Positions 14,201 to 26,520 of a stretch of 64,000 bases of DNA are shown here, in pieces. Both the position numbers and the translations under genes were made by a program. Below the pieces are notes generated by a model, which was given only the letters and a program-made list of their open reading frames with translations, searched no databases and was not told the origin of the DNA. Source of the DNA: Octopus vulgaris (taxonomy: Eukaryota); the NCBI GenBank assembly GCA_951406725.2, contig OX597823.1, positions 75,826,001-75,890,000 on the forward strand, read 5' to 3'. How positions within the stretch are numbered: position 1 is the stretch's first letter; the number at the start of each line of letters is the position of its first letter.

Positions 14201-14249
14201 TACCTATCAATATCCGCCATATGCATAAGTATATAAACCACCCCTTGTT

Positions 14250-14870
14250 GGGTGATTCCCCACAAATCCTTTTCTCCATTGCCGTGTAGTCAACATATCA
14301 AAAATATCTCTCCATATATTCTTTCTTGGAACATGTTTTCCTATGGCATGTTCTTTGGATGGTATAATATGTTCAGTTGCTTCAGACCTCCCCCAGCACT
14401 GTTACTTATCCACTCGTTATTCCGAGCGCTTCTATTGTAAGCGGTGTTCATGAAGAAAATTCAAAGCAGTTTTCATAGTTTTTCTTTCCTTGTTTCCACG
14501 ATAACCTCTTTCTCTTTTTGCAACATATTTATTGTGATTCTTTTTTCTTCCAAGCTCTTAGCATTTCTCTTTTTTTACGGTACACGATGGTACAGACACT
14601 GTTCCTCCATTAAAACACGACCTTCTACGCTAATCAACCTTTTCCATCACCACTGCGTTTCATGTTAAGTTTAGCAATATCCTTTTTTAAGGAACGTTAT
14701 GTAACGTCAGCAGCTTTCTAGTTTCCCAATCAATATCCTGCAGTATTTAGGAGTTCCGGTTGATGCTGCATGCTTTGTAATGGCGATTGATACACGCGTG
14801 CATTTATGGCTATGTTAACATGTTTACTGCTTAGAGATTTTTTTAAATGATCTGTTGGCATTTATTAGGT
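14250..14870 (-). mobile_element. R4/Dong-clade LINE fragment, post-RT region
   Basis: Minus frames: KSLSSKHVNIAINAR..., KDIAKLNMKRSGDGKG and EATEHIIPSKEHAI, resembling R4/Dong KSKLN..N.I.AIN, DIDRLY..R..GGRGL and ETE..I.AAQEQAL. Confidence 0.6.
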
Positions 14871-17800
14871 AATCGTTTTTCATTGTACCGCTAGTTATTT
14901 GCTTGTGTCTTTTATGCTATCAGCTTCCAGCATACAGTTTGTCTCTCTTCATACCAAGGATACATCACTTATTACCGTTAGATATGTCTTCACAGAATGC
15001 ACCTATATATATTATTATTTAAGAGAATCGCTTAAACATCGAAAGAAACCATCGATTTATTTAACGTCTTTACGTTCTGAATTCAAATCCCTCCGAAGTC
15101 AACTCAGCATTTCATCCCATCAGGCTCGATAAATTCAAGTACGGGGTACGTACTAACATCGAAGATATTGATTAACCCTATCACATCGAAGCTGTTACTG
15201 CTATTATCATTATAGTTCTGGTTAATGTTGATATCCTATTATCATTATTGTCGTTGTTGTTCTTCGTCTTGTTATCACAATCACAAAACAAAAGTAACAA
15301 AAAGAATATAATAATGAAATTTTGAATGTCTTCCTCTTGTTTTCCACGGAGAACTTCACTGTGATGGAGCTTATCACCTATCCTGTAGGACATCATTGTT
15401 TTCTCTGTACCGTTCTCTAATTATACAGCTTGTGCTCCTTCTACCCAATGCACTAAACAATTGTAAATTGCACCGCATTCTATTGGCTTGTTAGTAAAAT
15501 CATACTTACTTTCCAATCCTGTTTTTACATTTTACCATAATATAAAATGTGGAATAGACACGGATACGAAGTTTTTAATATATTTTTGCTTATTCGTTGC
15601 TGGTACGGAGCTACACAACAACGTTTTATAAATTTTAATGCTTTCTTGGATTACCACCCAAAGCTGGTATTCTTCATGTCGGGTATTAAATCATTTTGTT
15701 GGAACTTATTATTTTTAAGATTCTTAACTATGTCTGAGCACTTCATTTCTAAGGAATTAATAAAAGCAAACGACTGTGACTCAACTGAGAATCAAATTTG
15801 TACTAGAGAACCATCTCATTTGGACACTACCATCACGCTATGATGCATGCACTAATACCTATAAGAAAGTTGAGTACGAACTTTAGAAAGAATAAAAATC
15901 AATAATTGCACTAAATAAATCTTCTACTACCATACAGTCAAGTAACGCTGAAGGAGATTACCTCGAACTAAACATCCCTCTTAGAAACGTCAACGTTTTT
16001 ATGTGTTTTCAAAATATTAAAAGTCTAGGCACCAACACATAAGAATGGTTAAGCAACTCAATGAATATAAGTTACATAAATATTGAAGAACGATATATTT
16101 GCTGAAGAAAACACAGATTTTTCTAACACTACGAACAGTTTATAAAGTCTCTTATGAAATATGTCATTTCTGCTTTGATTATCATTGCATCATAAAATCA
16201 TATTTAGACTTGACATATTCGCTCAGGACACCGAGAGCTGAAAATTTGTTGGGAAAGATGCAGTTCATTGTATCCTTATTGGTACGTATAGCAGTAACAC
16301 CAAAGAGATGAAAGGTAAAACAGAACCCATTGGGATGTACATTAAACATTTCAAAGAACAAAGAGAAATATGATTTTGTGTTTCAGTCACTTAGTCTAGT
16401 GTTTCTGCTAATCTATCATTTTAGCGTCGCGTCTAAACGGATTAGCCTTTAGCTAATCATTTCTGATATTTCCTGGAAAATCCACTTTTATAAAATTATA
16501 TTTTTATTATTAGAACATGATTCTTCTGTTTTATGAAAATAAAATTATCCATGTTTTACCTCAATCACTCTTGGTTTTATTGGCATGAATATTTAACAAT
16601 GCGATGTCAATAACCAGGTTCTCTAGCACTAAGGACAATATATCAAGTATAATTGGCGGGTTAGCCTTTGCGTTCTTAGCTCGATTGAATCTCGGCAGAC
16701 GCAACGTTTGTCTAATAATACATAGCGTTTTGACAATATTATACTATACTCACTACAAGCGTATATACAATTATAAACGAAATGTATACTGAATTGATTT
16801 TTTCGCTGCCTAGAACAGAACAGAATAAACTGTAACTTTCAAGGCACTATTATAAACAGATGTAAATATTTCCTTTCTATATAATGGAGATAAATTTATC
16901 TACTATGGGGCATCAGTATAGCAATGAATTGGGTGAATGGAAAATGTATTTGTCTTACAGCTTGTAGCTCTGTATCGTCAGATGTTCATTTCGTTTTTAA
17001 GCTGGCACAGGAAAAAATTATTGGTTTTAGTTCACTTCGCTTTCAAAATTTCTATACAAGATTAATTCAGGAATTCAGCTGAGATCTACTAATATCTACT
17101 CATAAGATATTTCATAGACAGGAGTAACTTTCTCAGATATTACTATAAATTATCTACGTAAATTTTAATCATCGAAGCTGCGCCTAGTTCTTACATCATC
17201 AAAAGAGAAAAATCATTCTTATTTTGCAAAATACATTGTCAGTAGTATTATTTGGTTTCTAAAACTCGCGATCTTAATACGGAATTTGCATAATGACTAT
17301 ATGGTGTACAATAAACTTACCCATTAAATGGTGGGTCTGTGAAAGCCTTAGCAGCACTCATTTTTCTCCACAGCAGACAAGTATTTGTTTTCAATAATGA
17401 TTAGAATAATTATGTGCACACTTAGTACCTTAGTACAAGAAAGCATGATGAATCATTTGTTTCAAACGAGGACTTCAAAATAATTTGCAATGCCCTTTCA
17501 ACTACACTCCTACCGAATTATTTTATATACATTTCATCATTAATCCCCGTCCAATTAAGAAGCTTTAATTAGAAATACAATGCTTTATAGTGTTCATCTT
17601 TCTGATGCACCGTATAATTATATGAACAGCTCTCTACGTATATGAGAGATGCATTTAAAACTACCTTCTCAACCTGGTTACATGTATACATTATACTACC
17701 CAATTTTAACTTATTAACAAGACGATAACAAGACGAAATATTCCACCACTGAAATTAAAATGAACAATTATAAAGATATGTATTTCAATGCCTCAATTAT

Positions 17801-18603
17801 GATCAAGCAAATCTGGTTTTCATGGAAAATGATTGATTAATTTACACATATGTAGTGTTAATTAAGAGATTAACTGAAATTGATATTAAATAATAAGTTT
17901 ATTAGTTTCTTAGTTAAATAGCAACATGAAAATTAACTTAAGTGTCATTAGTGACAGAGATAACATATATATTTAAAAATATATAGAAATATTCTGGCGA
18001 AATAGGAGAGTTTTCTATAATCTGTGGTGAGTTTGCTATAATATAGTACATAAGCGTATTATATGTCATGAAGTAAAAATAATTGGCTATTAATTTCAGC
18101 AACGTCATTTCTTTAAAGTTTTGAATATTATGACATATAGACGACTGCAAAAAAATCAATTATAACACAGCCCTAAAAGTAACGTCTCTTAAATACCTCT
18201 TGGTGTTTCGAAGATGGGCTGTCTTCATTTTGTGTGTTTCTATTAGAGTGAGGCTTCTCTAAGTAGAGAACACAGTTCTTTTTATAGAATGTTCATGGTG
18301 ATACAGTAAACCTGTTTCTCACATGTCTTTCTTACTTAAAATTTAAATTCATCTCACTATTGTAGGGTATCGCATAACAGCAAACTCACAACTATGAAAA
18401 TCGATTTCACTAGAAACGGAAATATTTGCGCAAGTGGTTAAAATATACACTCCGCTTCCTGAAGGTTCTGTACTCAATCTCTTTCAACAAGTACAATCTC
18501 AACGATAGCTTTGGGTTGATTTGGTAGTGAAAATTTTAGCAGTGCTCCTCATATATACATACATACATTCATACATACACATACATACATATACATACAT
18601 ACA

Positions 18604-18673
<70 letters not shown>

Positions 18674-18678
<5 letters not shown>

Positions 18679-18960
18679 ATATTAATTAGAGACAAAACCA
18701 CTATTTTGCAAATCAAACAAAGAAAAACTTAATCCAATACATAAAAAAATTTTAATATAAAGTAAATAAAATTAAATTCGCCACTACAATTGTTTCATGT
18801 ATTTTTATGTATTGGATTAAGTCTTTCTTTGTTTGATTTGCAAAATAGTGGTTTTGTCTCTAATTAATATTATATAATATTTTACTATAAAATTGGATTC
18901 AATCCTAAATCTGATGATTTTTCCCTGTAAATTTGGATTTATTCCCTAATATTTATATTA
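18674..18960. repeat. Head-to-head inverted insertion (arms ~18674-18747 and ~18802-18876) in a (TA)n tract, with an HHR 3' half
   Basis: Arms are near-perfect reverse complements. Minus-strand GAAACAATTGTA at 18785-18796. Confidence 0.85.
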
Positions 18961-18980
18961 TTATATATATATATATACAC

Positions 18981-19538
18981 ACACAGATATGAGAGGAAAT
19001 CAACTATGTGGACGCTCTTACGCTGAAAATAGATCCGCAATGGTCTCAACCACTAAGAATTGTTCTCAAGAAAAATTAGCACAACTATGAACGTAAGCGA
19101 GCAGGACAAATGAAAAATAGCAAAAATATAGATTAACCCCTGACAATTGTTTCACTGTTTATAAATTATGCAATTTTATTTACACAATAAATCTACAGAT
19201 CATCAGTGAGATTCGTCATAATGATGATCTGTAGATTTATTGTGTAAGTAAAATTGCATAATTTATTAACAGTGAAACAATTGTCAGGGGTTAATCTATA
19301 TTTTTGTTATTTTTCATTTGTCCTGCTCGCTTACGTTCATAGTTGTGTTAATTTTTCTTGAGAACAATTCTTAGTGGTTGAGACCATTGTGGTTCTATTT
19401 TTAGCGTCAGAGCGTCCACATAGTGGATTCCCTCTCATATTTGTGTATTAATATTTACTGAATCTCAGTTTTCTATGCGCTAAACCACTTGGTGTTAAAT
19501 TGATGTTATTAAATTAATATTTTTTCACCCTTATTTTG

Positions 19539-19540
<2 letters not shown>
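18981..19540. repeat. ~225-bp-arm inverted repeat (18981-19205 / 19222-19446) plus a 3' extension; PLE-type terminal repeat
   Basis: Arms reverse-complementary with about a dozen mismatches and a 16-nt spacer; flanked by (TA)/(CA) repeats. Confidence 0.9.
19135..19213 (-). ncRNA. Type I hammerhead ribozyme motif
   Basis: Minus: aatctca CTGATGA tctgt...acagt GAAAC AATT GTC aggggtt, with palindromic stem III ACAATTGT. The mirror copy on + (19222-19292) starts at TGATGA and lacks the first C. Confidence 0.75.
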
Positions 19541-19579
<39 letters not shown>

Positions 19580-19586
<7 letters not shown>

Positions 19587-21700
19587 TGGGGAAGGCTTGT
19601 TTATGGGATTACCTTAGGTGTCCTCCCCGTAAAGGATTTAGCTTTATGGCGTATCGTCAGATCCGAAAACCCTGTTGGCCCTTGATCTCTTAAAAATATG
19701 GAGGGGAAATGCCTCACTACTCGAAGATAACAATTGAGAATTACCCCCCTACCCTTTGCTATTGGCTATCTACTTGCGGATGTGCTACAATCTTGTGAGC
19801 CCCCAAAAGCTAGAAGGAACCTCCTGAATTGTAAAGATGGCCCGAAATTCGTTGTTCTGAAGTTAAGGATGTTCCTTGGTTTGAGCGAGTCTTTAAGGAT
19901 TCTCGCACGTTCAGCTATGCATAAATTGCACCAATTTGTCCCGTTGATGTAGGGGCCTGGGTTCTCGAGGATTTTCCATGAGATCCAGTATGGAACCCCA
20001 TCATCTATTACTTGCCAGACGTGGCTGCCAGTAATTTTACGCATCCACTTTCCGGCACGCTGAAGGAAGACCTGTAGTTTGAGAGATGTTGCTTGAAAGA
20101 GTTCCCGGAACATCCAACGTATCTCCGTGGGCGTGTATTCTCCGTGCTGTATCTGCTGGTATTACTGTTGTTGTTATTGCTGCCGCCCCCAGCATTGTTG
20201 TTGTTGCAGCTGGGTCTGCTGGTGTTGGCATCGATGGAGGTGGTGGTAGCGTCGGTAATGGTATCGCCTCTACGGTTATGGCAAAGGTACTGTTGTTGCT
20301 ATAATTGTGGTACTCGTCATTGATGGGAAAGCTGCAATTACTGCCAGAGGTGTTTCTACTGCTGCTGTTATAACTAGCGGTAGCACCGTACATGTTACTA
20401 TTGCTATAAGGGTTGTTAAGGGCTGTCGCTGTGGACGTTAAGGAAGCTGTTCTTAATGCTGCTCTTGATGTTGATCCTGCTGTTGTTGTTAGTGTTGTTA
20501 CCGTCTGGGGTACTGCCAATATTGTCGCTTGTGCTCTTATACTAATATTGTTAACTGTGGTGATTGTGGAATTGTTGCTAGTTTTCTTCTCATGTCTACG
20601 GCTGCCACTGCTTCTGCCGGTGGGATTGCCAGATTTAGCTAGTACTCCGTCTTGATAGACGTGTTTTGTGTTAAGAGAGATGGGGCGGGGTAAGCCAAAT
20701 ATTATTTCTTCGGCACTTCCATCTATGGTTGTTGGGTTTCGGCATGTATCCATAAATCTGCTGGCAGTTCGGGCCTCGTTATAGTACGGGGCCGCTGCGT
20801 CAAAAATCTTTTTTTTTTTTTAGGAAAGATTAGAGATCTTCTTACTAACACCCTTTATCTGAATTTTGAGCACGATGCGTGGGTGGAAGGAAGCTTTGTT
20901 GGTGTGCGTTAGCCTCTAGTTTGGTTTGTGGTAAGACCTGTATGTGCCGGAGCCCAAGTCGAGCGTGACGCCTAAGCCTAAGGTTGTGATATTGGTCTGT
21001 ATGGTAATTTTCAATCCCATGCAGGCAATTGTGTTGATTAGATCTTTTCTAAGCTTGTCTACTGTATACTAGCTTGCAACCCTAGTGATGGCCAAGGTGT
21101 CATCTCTGTAGAGGCCAAAGAGGACAGAGGGGACTTTTCCAAAGGATATCGAGGATGTACAATGAGACCACATACGTCAGCGCTATCGTAGGCTACCATT
21201 ACTACGTCAAATGAGCCCGTGGGGTCGGATTTCTTGACCCATGACAAACGTTTCTTGAACAACAGTCTTTCTGGCAAGCATAATATCTTCTACATCTCTT
21301 TCGCCGATACTAGTGATTAGGCGTGTGAGGTGGAAAGCATTCTACCACAACCTAACCGCACCATCCCTGGAAGGCAACATTTATGGAATTAGATCGAGAA
21401 AACAAGCACCCAAAATCAAGAACCTCGAACCCTTCGAGTCGGACTGCTTCATAGAAACTATAATCAAGTTTTACCGAAATGCAAACTATTCGATATATTT
21501 TTCAGCTTATATGTCTTGGAGTGCATGAGCCAATATTTCTTCCTTTTCAGATGCTTGGGTGGTATATGATGGTTGTTCTCTACCCCTTTTTAATAAGTTG
21601 CTCGACAACCTGGAGGTGTGTTAGGTTTGCTCGGTGCGTTAATTATATTATTGTTAATAAGAACTTCTTACGCTAGTTTAACTATAGGCCTGCCGTATGC
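19580..21700 (-). mobile_element. Penelope-like retroelement: RT, low-complexity linker and GIY-YIG, with an internally inverted N-terminal segment
   Basis: RT GSFDVVMVAYDSADVCGLI and LYRDDTLA (21050-21280). Endonuclease RRYVGCSGNSFKQH and WKILE..GPYINGTNWCNLCIAERARIL...ILNFR (19766-20130). Segment 21313-21480 on + reads MIRRVRWKAFY...YGIRSRKQAPKI..LEPFESD. Confidence 0.85.
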
Positions 21701-21721
21701 AAAAAACAAAAAGGTCTATGA

Positions 21722-22095
21722 GGCGCAGGCGTGACTCTGTCGTAAGAAGTTTGCTTTTCAGCCACATGATTTTGAGTTCAGTCCCAATCCGTGACATCTA
21801 GGGAAAGTTCTTCTATTATAGCGTCGGGCCAACCAAATGTTGATTTTGATGAAGGGAAACTGAAAGAAGCCCTTAGTTTATGTGTGTTTATGTGTGTGTC
21901 TTTTTCTGTGTCTGTCTTACCCCCACGACATTGACAACCGGTGTTGCTTTCTTTGCGTCCCCGTATGTTAGCAGTATGGCAAAAAGAGACTGATGGAATA
22001 ATTATAATCTTTAAAAAATGTAAGTAATGGGTTCAATTCATTCGACAAAAAGTTTTTCATGGCCGCTGTATAATGCTAGAAGCAGATGAAAAATA
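21722..22095 (+). mobile_element. SINE family A, diverged, near full length
   Basis: ggcgcaggcgtgactctgtcgtaagaagtttgc...gagttcagtccc...ggaaactgaaagaagcc...ttgacaaccggtgttg. Confidence 0.85.
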
Positions 22096-22736
22096 AGTTA
22101 CAATTCCAGTCACGATTGGGTATTTTCTTCGAACGTTTTTTAGTTTTCATCTTGAAATATTTCACGAATTGCATTTCATTATTAGAAAATTGTATGGTGT
22201 AATGTGATGGTTATTTGGTTGCTACACATAGCAGGTCGAGCAACAAAATAATGCTGAAGACGATTGCACTTGTGTAGAAAGAAAAGCATGAAAAGTGTGA
22301 TAATGACAGCCTTTTTAAATGACGATAAAGGTGGAAATGTGTAAGTGTTGTGGCGGTGTAAAGGGTGAAAAAGCAAAAATAAGAAATTCCATAATGGCAT
22401 CGGAAGAAATGTGACGAAGTTAAAACCACATACATTAGTAAAGGCATTTCAAATATTTCGAAGACAAATTCTGTTTATGTCAACATGTCTGTTGTACTAC
22501 TACAATTTAACTTGACATTGAAGTGGAAGACAAAAATGTAAATACATTAATCAAAAGAAATATAGTGAAGAAATGCTGCTAAGAGATGTTGGAAAAATTC
22601 TAATAAAGTGTATATATATATACATTTAAAAAGACTTTCAAATTTTTTGGTAATGCAGTTATAATGATTGATCTGTCTACTGTTGCCGAAAGCTTCTCTT
22701 TCAATATTTTGAAACAGAACGTATTATTATTTCAAA

Positions 22737-23045
<309 letters not shown>

Positions 23046-23049
23046 AATA

Positions 23050-24415
23050 AATCAAATAATACCGGTATTATTCAACACAAGAATAACAATCGTGAAGTAC
23101 GTACACAAAAAGTACGAAAAATTACACGTGCAAAACAATTTAACACCAGGAATGAACGGATAGGTACCCTACGAAAATGATGACTGTCAAAATATAGGGC
23201 TGGACGTTATTCTTCATGTCCCGCAAATAAAATTTTAAAAAGTGTAAATGGACACGTGAGGAATATATTTCAATTCTACACGCTTATTTTACAGCAGTGA
23301 TCTACCCAAATAACCGCAAAATACCACAAAATATACACATAAAATCTGAAAGAAACATAACCGAAATAAAGACTTGAATACAGCAACGAACCCTAATATA
23401 CTAGCTAACATACGAAGATATATTCTCAAAATAAAATATAAGATACCAGAAATAGAAATAGAACACTTAAAAGGAAAAATACATCAGGAAAAAGTAGATG
23501 GTAACCACACAGGAATGCCAAATAATACCATGAAAATAGGAACTGTAAATCACAGATGTAACCTTTCCAACAAAGGCGAAACACTAAATCAGAACACTAC
23601 AGACAAACATATGAACGAGAAGGAAGGCGAAACAATGCTAAAACCTTGAAACAGTGAAGGTGAACCTAATGATTATGATACTCTAAAACTTAGCATAAAA
23701 AAAAAACTGAAAGCCACAGAACTCAGTATGGACCAACGATTGTAACTCTCAAAAATTAAAATTGATACTAAAACAACATCAATTATAAATAGTATGAACC
23801 TAAATGTGACAGAACTAATAGCCACAGAAACAGATGTCAATATCACAGGAGTAAATGACATAGTATAATCAGCAGGCACTGTGGCCACAAAATAAGCTCC
23901 CAGATCCATCCAAAAGGAGTACCACCACCCAAACAAACAATGTGGATAAATAATATCGAGAAAAATATAAAACAAGAGAAAAGATCTGTAAATCCTTAAG
24001 AAGACTAGTAGACAATCAACACTACTAAGCAACCAGAAGAGAAGAAAAATACTGTGGAAACACAACATTGCAGAAAAAACTTCACCTGAGGTAAAAAAAA
24101 AAACACAGCTAAAAATTGATATCCTCTGTAAAGCACAATGAATCTGCCAGTATGAGAAGCACCAAGGTTTCTTTAAACAAAACAAAAATTTGCAACTCCA
24201 ACCCCAAATGATTCTACCAAGGACTTGGCAAAAAATAAAATAGACAGCACTAACAGCAGAAGAAGTGGAAGAATTTTGGACAGAAATATGTTTGGCGAAG
24301 AAACAACTTCAGAAAAGGTCTATTAAATCAACGAACTCAGCACCTGAACAACTTTGGACCCCTTTAACAACTGAAGATGTCACCTAGGCACTGCAAAAAC
24401 TAAGCAATAGTAAAT
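23050..24415 (+). mobile_element. R4/Dong-clade LINE, 5' portion, decayed
   Basis: KWTREEYISILHAYF, NPNILANIRRYILKI..IPEIEIEHLK, FFKQNK, TAEEVEEFWTEI and TTEDVT*ALQKLSN resemble the R4/Dong N-terminus and pre-RT region. Abuts (TAA)n. Confidence 0.75.
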
Positions 24416-24560
24416 ATTCTGCTCAATACCATATTTTTTTTTACTCTTACCAGTTGAGGATGTCTCTTAGTGGTTGAAAATATATGCATCTCGGATAACA
24501 ATCAGGAGTGATGGGGGAGCACCATAGCCTCTGTTTAGTGGAATTCTGTAGGATTTGACT
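24412..24560 (+). repeat. Dispersed repeat fragment, unclassified
   Basis: aaatattctgctcaatacc...gggggagcaccatagcc is shared with 56264-56415. Confidence 0.6.
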
Positions 24561-25228
24561 CCGAATTTATACCTCAATGTTAGTATGCGATATGGTGTTT
24601 ATACAGTTGTCAATGCTGTGAATGACTTGCGTGCTATTATTTCTTAAAATCCAATGAATATTTCCAAAACAGGTTCTGATTGTTTATATCTCCTGTTGTA
24701 TAATAGTGAATATCAAAGAAAGGTGTATCTTCCTTTGATTTTTTTCTTACAACGAATTTCTTTGTGTGCTTGTTTAAATTTCTGTTCTCATCTTATAGGG
24801 ATGCGACACTTTCTCTAAATCGCAGCATACACTGTAACAACGAATGTATATATTGTGAAATAGTTTTTGTAAGAATGCCAGAATTAGTTGCAAATATCTC
24901 AAAAAGAAATCCTTCACTTCAGATAATGCGGTAGACGTTTAAACTTAAATACAATCGCCAACAGACAGCATGCTTTTCGTAAGTTATACAAGGAGAGAAA
25001 TAGTTCCTATAAAAATATAAAGCGTATTCAACCACATCTATGCAACGCCCGTTTCCAAACTAGTGTTAAATGTATTATCTCTCTTTATTTCTATCTTACT
25101 CGTGATCTCAAAGCTATATTTTTGCTCTTCCAGCTATAAAAACCGAAAGAAAGCTTTTGAAGTCTACTATTTTTCGAGCGCTTTTCTATTCATTTAACAT
25201 ACCCCTTATATATTGCATTTACTTTTGT

Positions 25229-25390
<162 letters not shown>

Positions 25391-26214
25391 GATATATCTA
25401 TATCTATGTATGTATATATACATATATACATACCTGTATGCATCCATCAATACATACATACATACATACATTCATATACATACGTTCTTAATGTGTATGT
25501 GTGTGTGTGTGTATTGAAGTTAAACAATTTTTCTTTCGTTATTTATGTGTTCGTCTCTCAAATTAAATTCATCAAAAGTATTGCTTCATCCTATCTATAT
25601 GTGCATGGTTATTTTTTATTTTCCTTCCGTGCGATTTCTTTTTGCACATCCACCTTCTCGTGTTCACACCAAAAATTCTTCCGTAATTGCCTTTTTGTAT
25701 TCTTTATGTCCAATAACGCTTCTGCCACCTCCAACACCAACACCACCGCCAGTAACACTACGTTCGTCGCTACTACCATAACCACCATTAACAAGGATTA
25801 TGATAGCAACCTTATTTCAATTCCTCCTTCTATCTATGGTCTCTTTTCTTCCCTTATATTATGTCCCCTTCATCGAAAGGAGCATAAATTGTAAACTCTA
25901 TGTAGGAAAATAATTTAGCATCAGTGACAATGAGTTGTTAATATATTTTCCCCTCTTATCTTTTGCTCCTCACTAAATAATCATATATAACTTTTTCCCC
26001 TCTTCCATTTCTCCTCCATTTTCTACCTCGCTTAAAGTCACATGTTTTCGTAAGCACGAGGTGGAAACATGCCCATAGTTTACGATAATTTACAATGATT
26101 TGTTTATGTCCTTGTTTTCAACTTTCCCAGATCTCCCCAATAAATAATCTTATGTAGGATTTCTCGCTGTCAAAATTATCCACCTTTTCTCTTTTTCTGT
26201 TTCTATGCTATTGA

Positions 26215-26520
26215 TGTTAGTGGAGGTACACTAGCCCCTCTACTTCATGTGACAGCTTTATTTTGATATTCGCTGACAGTAGGGAAACAAAATTGCTATA
26301 CGGAATGTCACTAGAAAGACCTACTAATACTAGTAAAGCTACATAACAGCATAAACACACACAAGCATTTTACAATTCAACTGGTAATGCTACGGAATAT
26401 GTTGACGAAGATAGTGCTTTGGTTTTCCAATCTGGAAGCTTACAAGACGCCACATACAATCTACAAAACGGTAGATGACCTCAAGATTATCAACGGCCAT
26501 CGAAATAATATGATTTAATT
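26215..26520 (+). mobile_element. Possible RTE-type LINE RT relic
   Basis: GGTLAPLLHVTAL and EYVDEDSALV..GSLQDA resemble QGDTLAP.LF and FADDIALL; very degenerate. Confidence 0.35.

Noticed and set aside
17295-17420. Possible minus-strand exon ending at a GTAAGT donor (~17320)
   Set aside because: No convincing acceptor, ORF homology or partner exons are visible; needs RNA-seq.
18981-19446. Apparent excess of A/G differences between the hairpin arms, suggesting an edited RNA template
   Set aside because: Only about a dozen differences; transitions are expected to dominate anyway and polarity is unknown.
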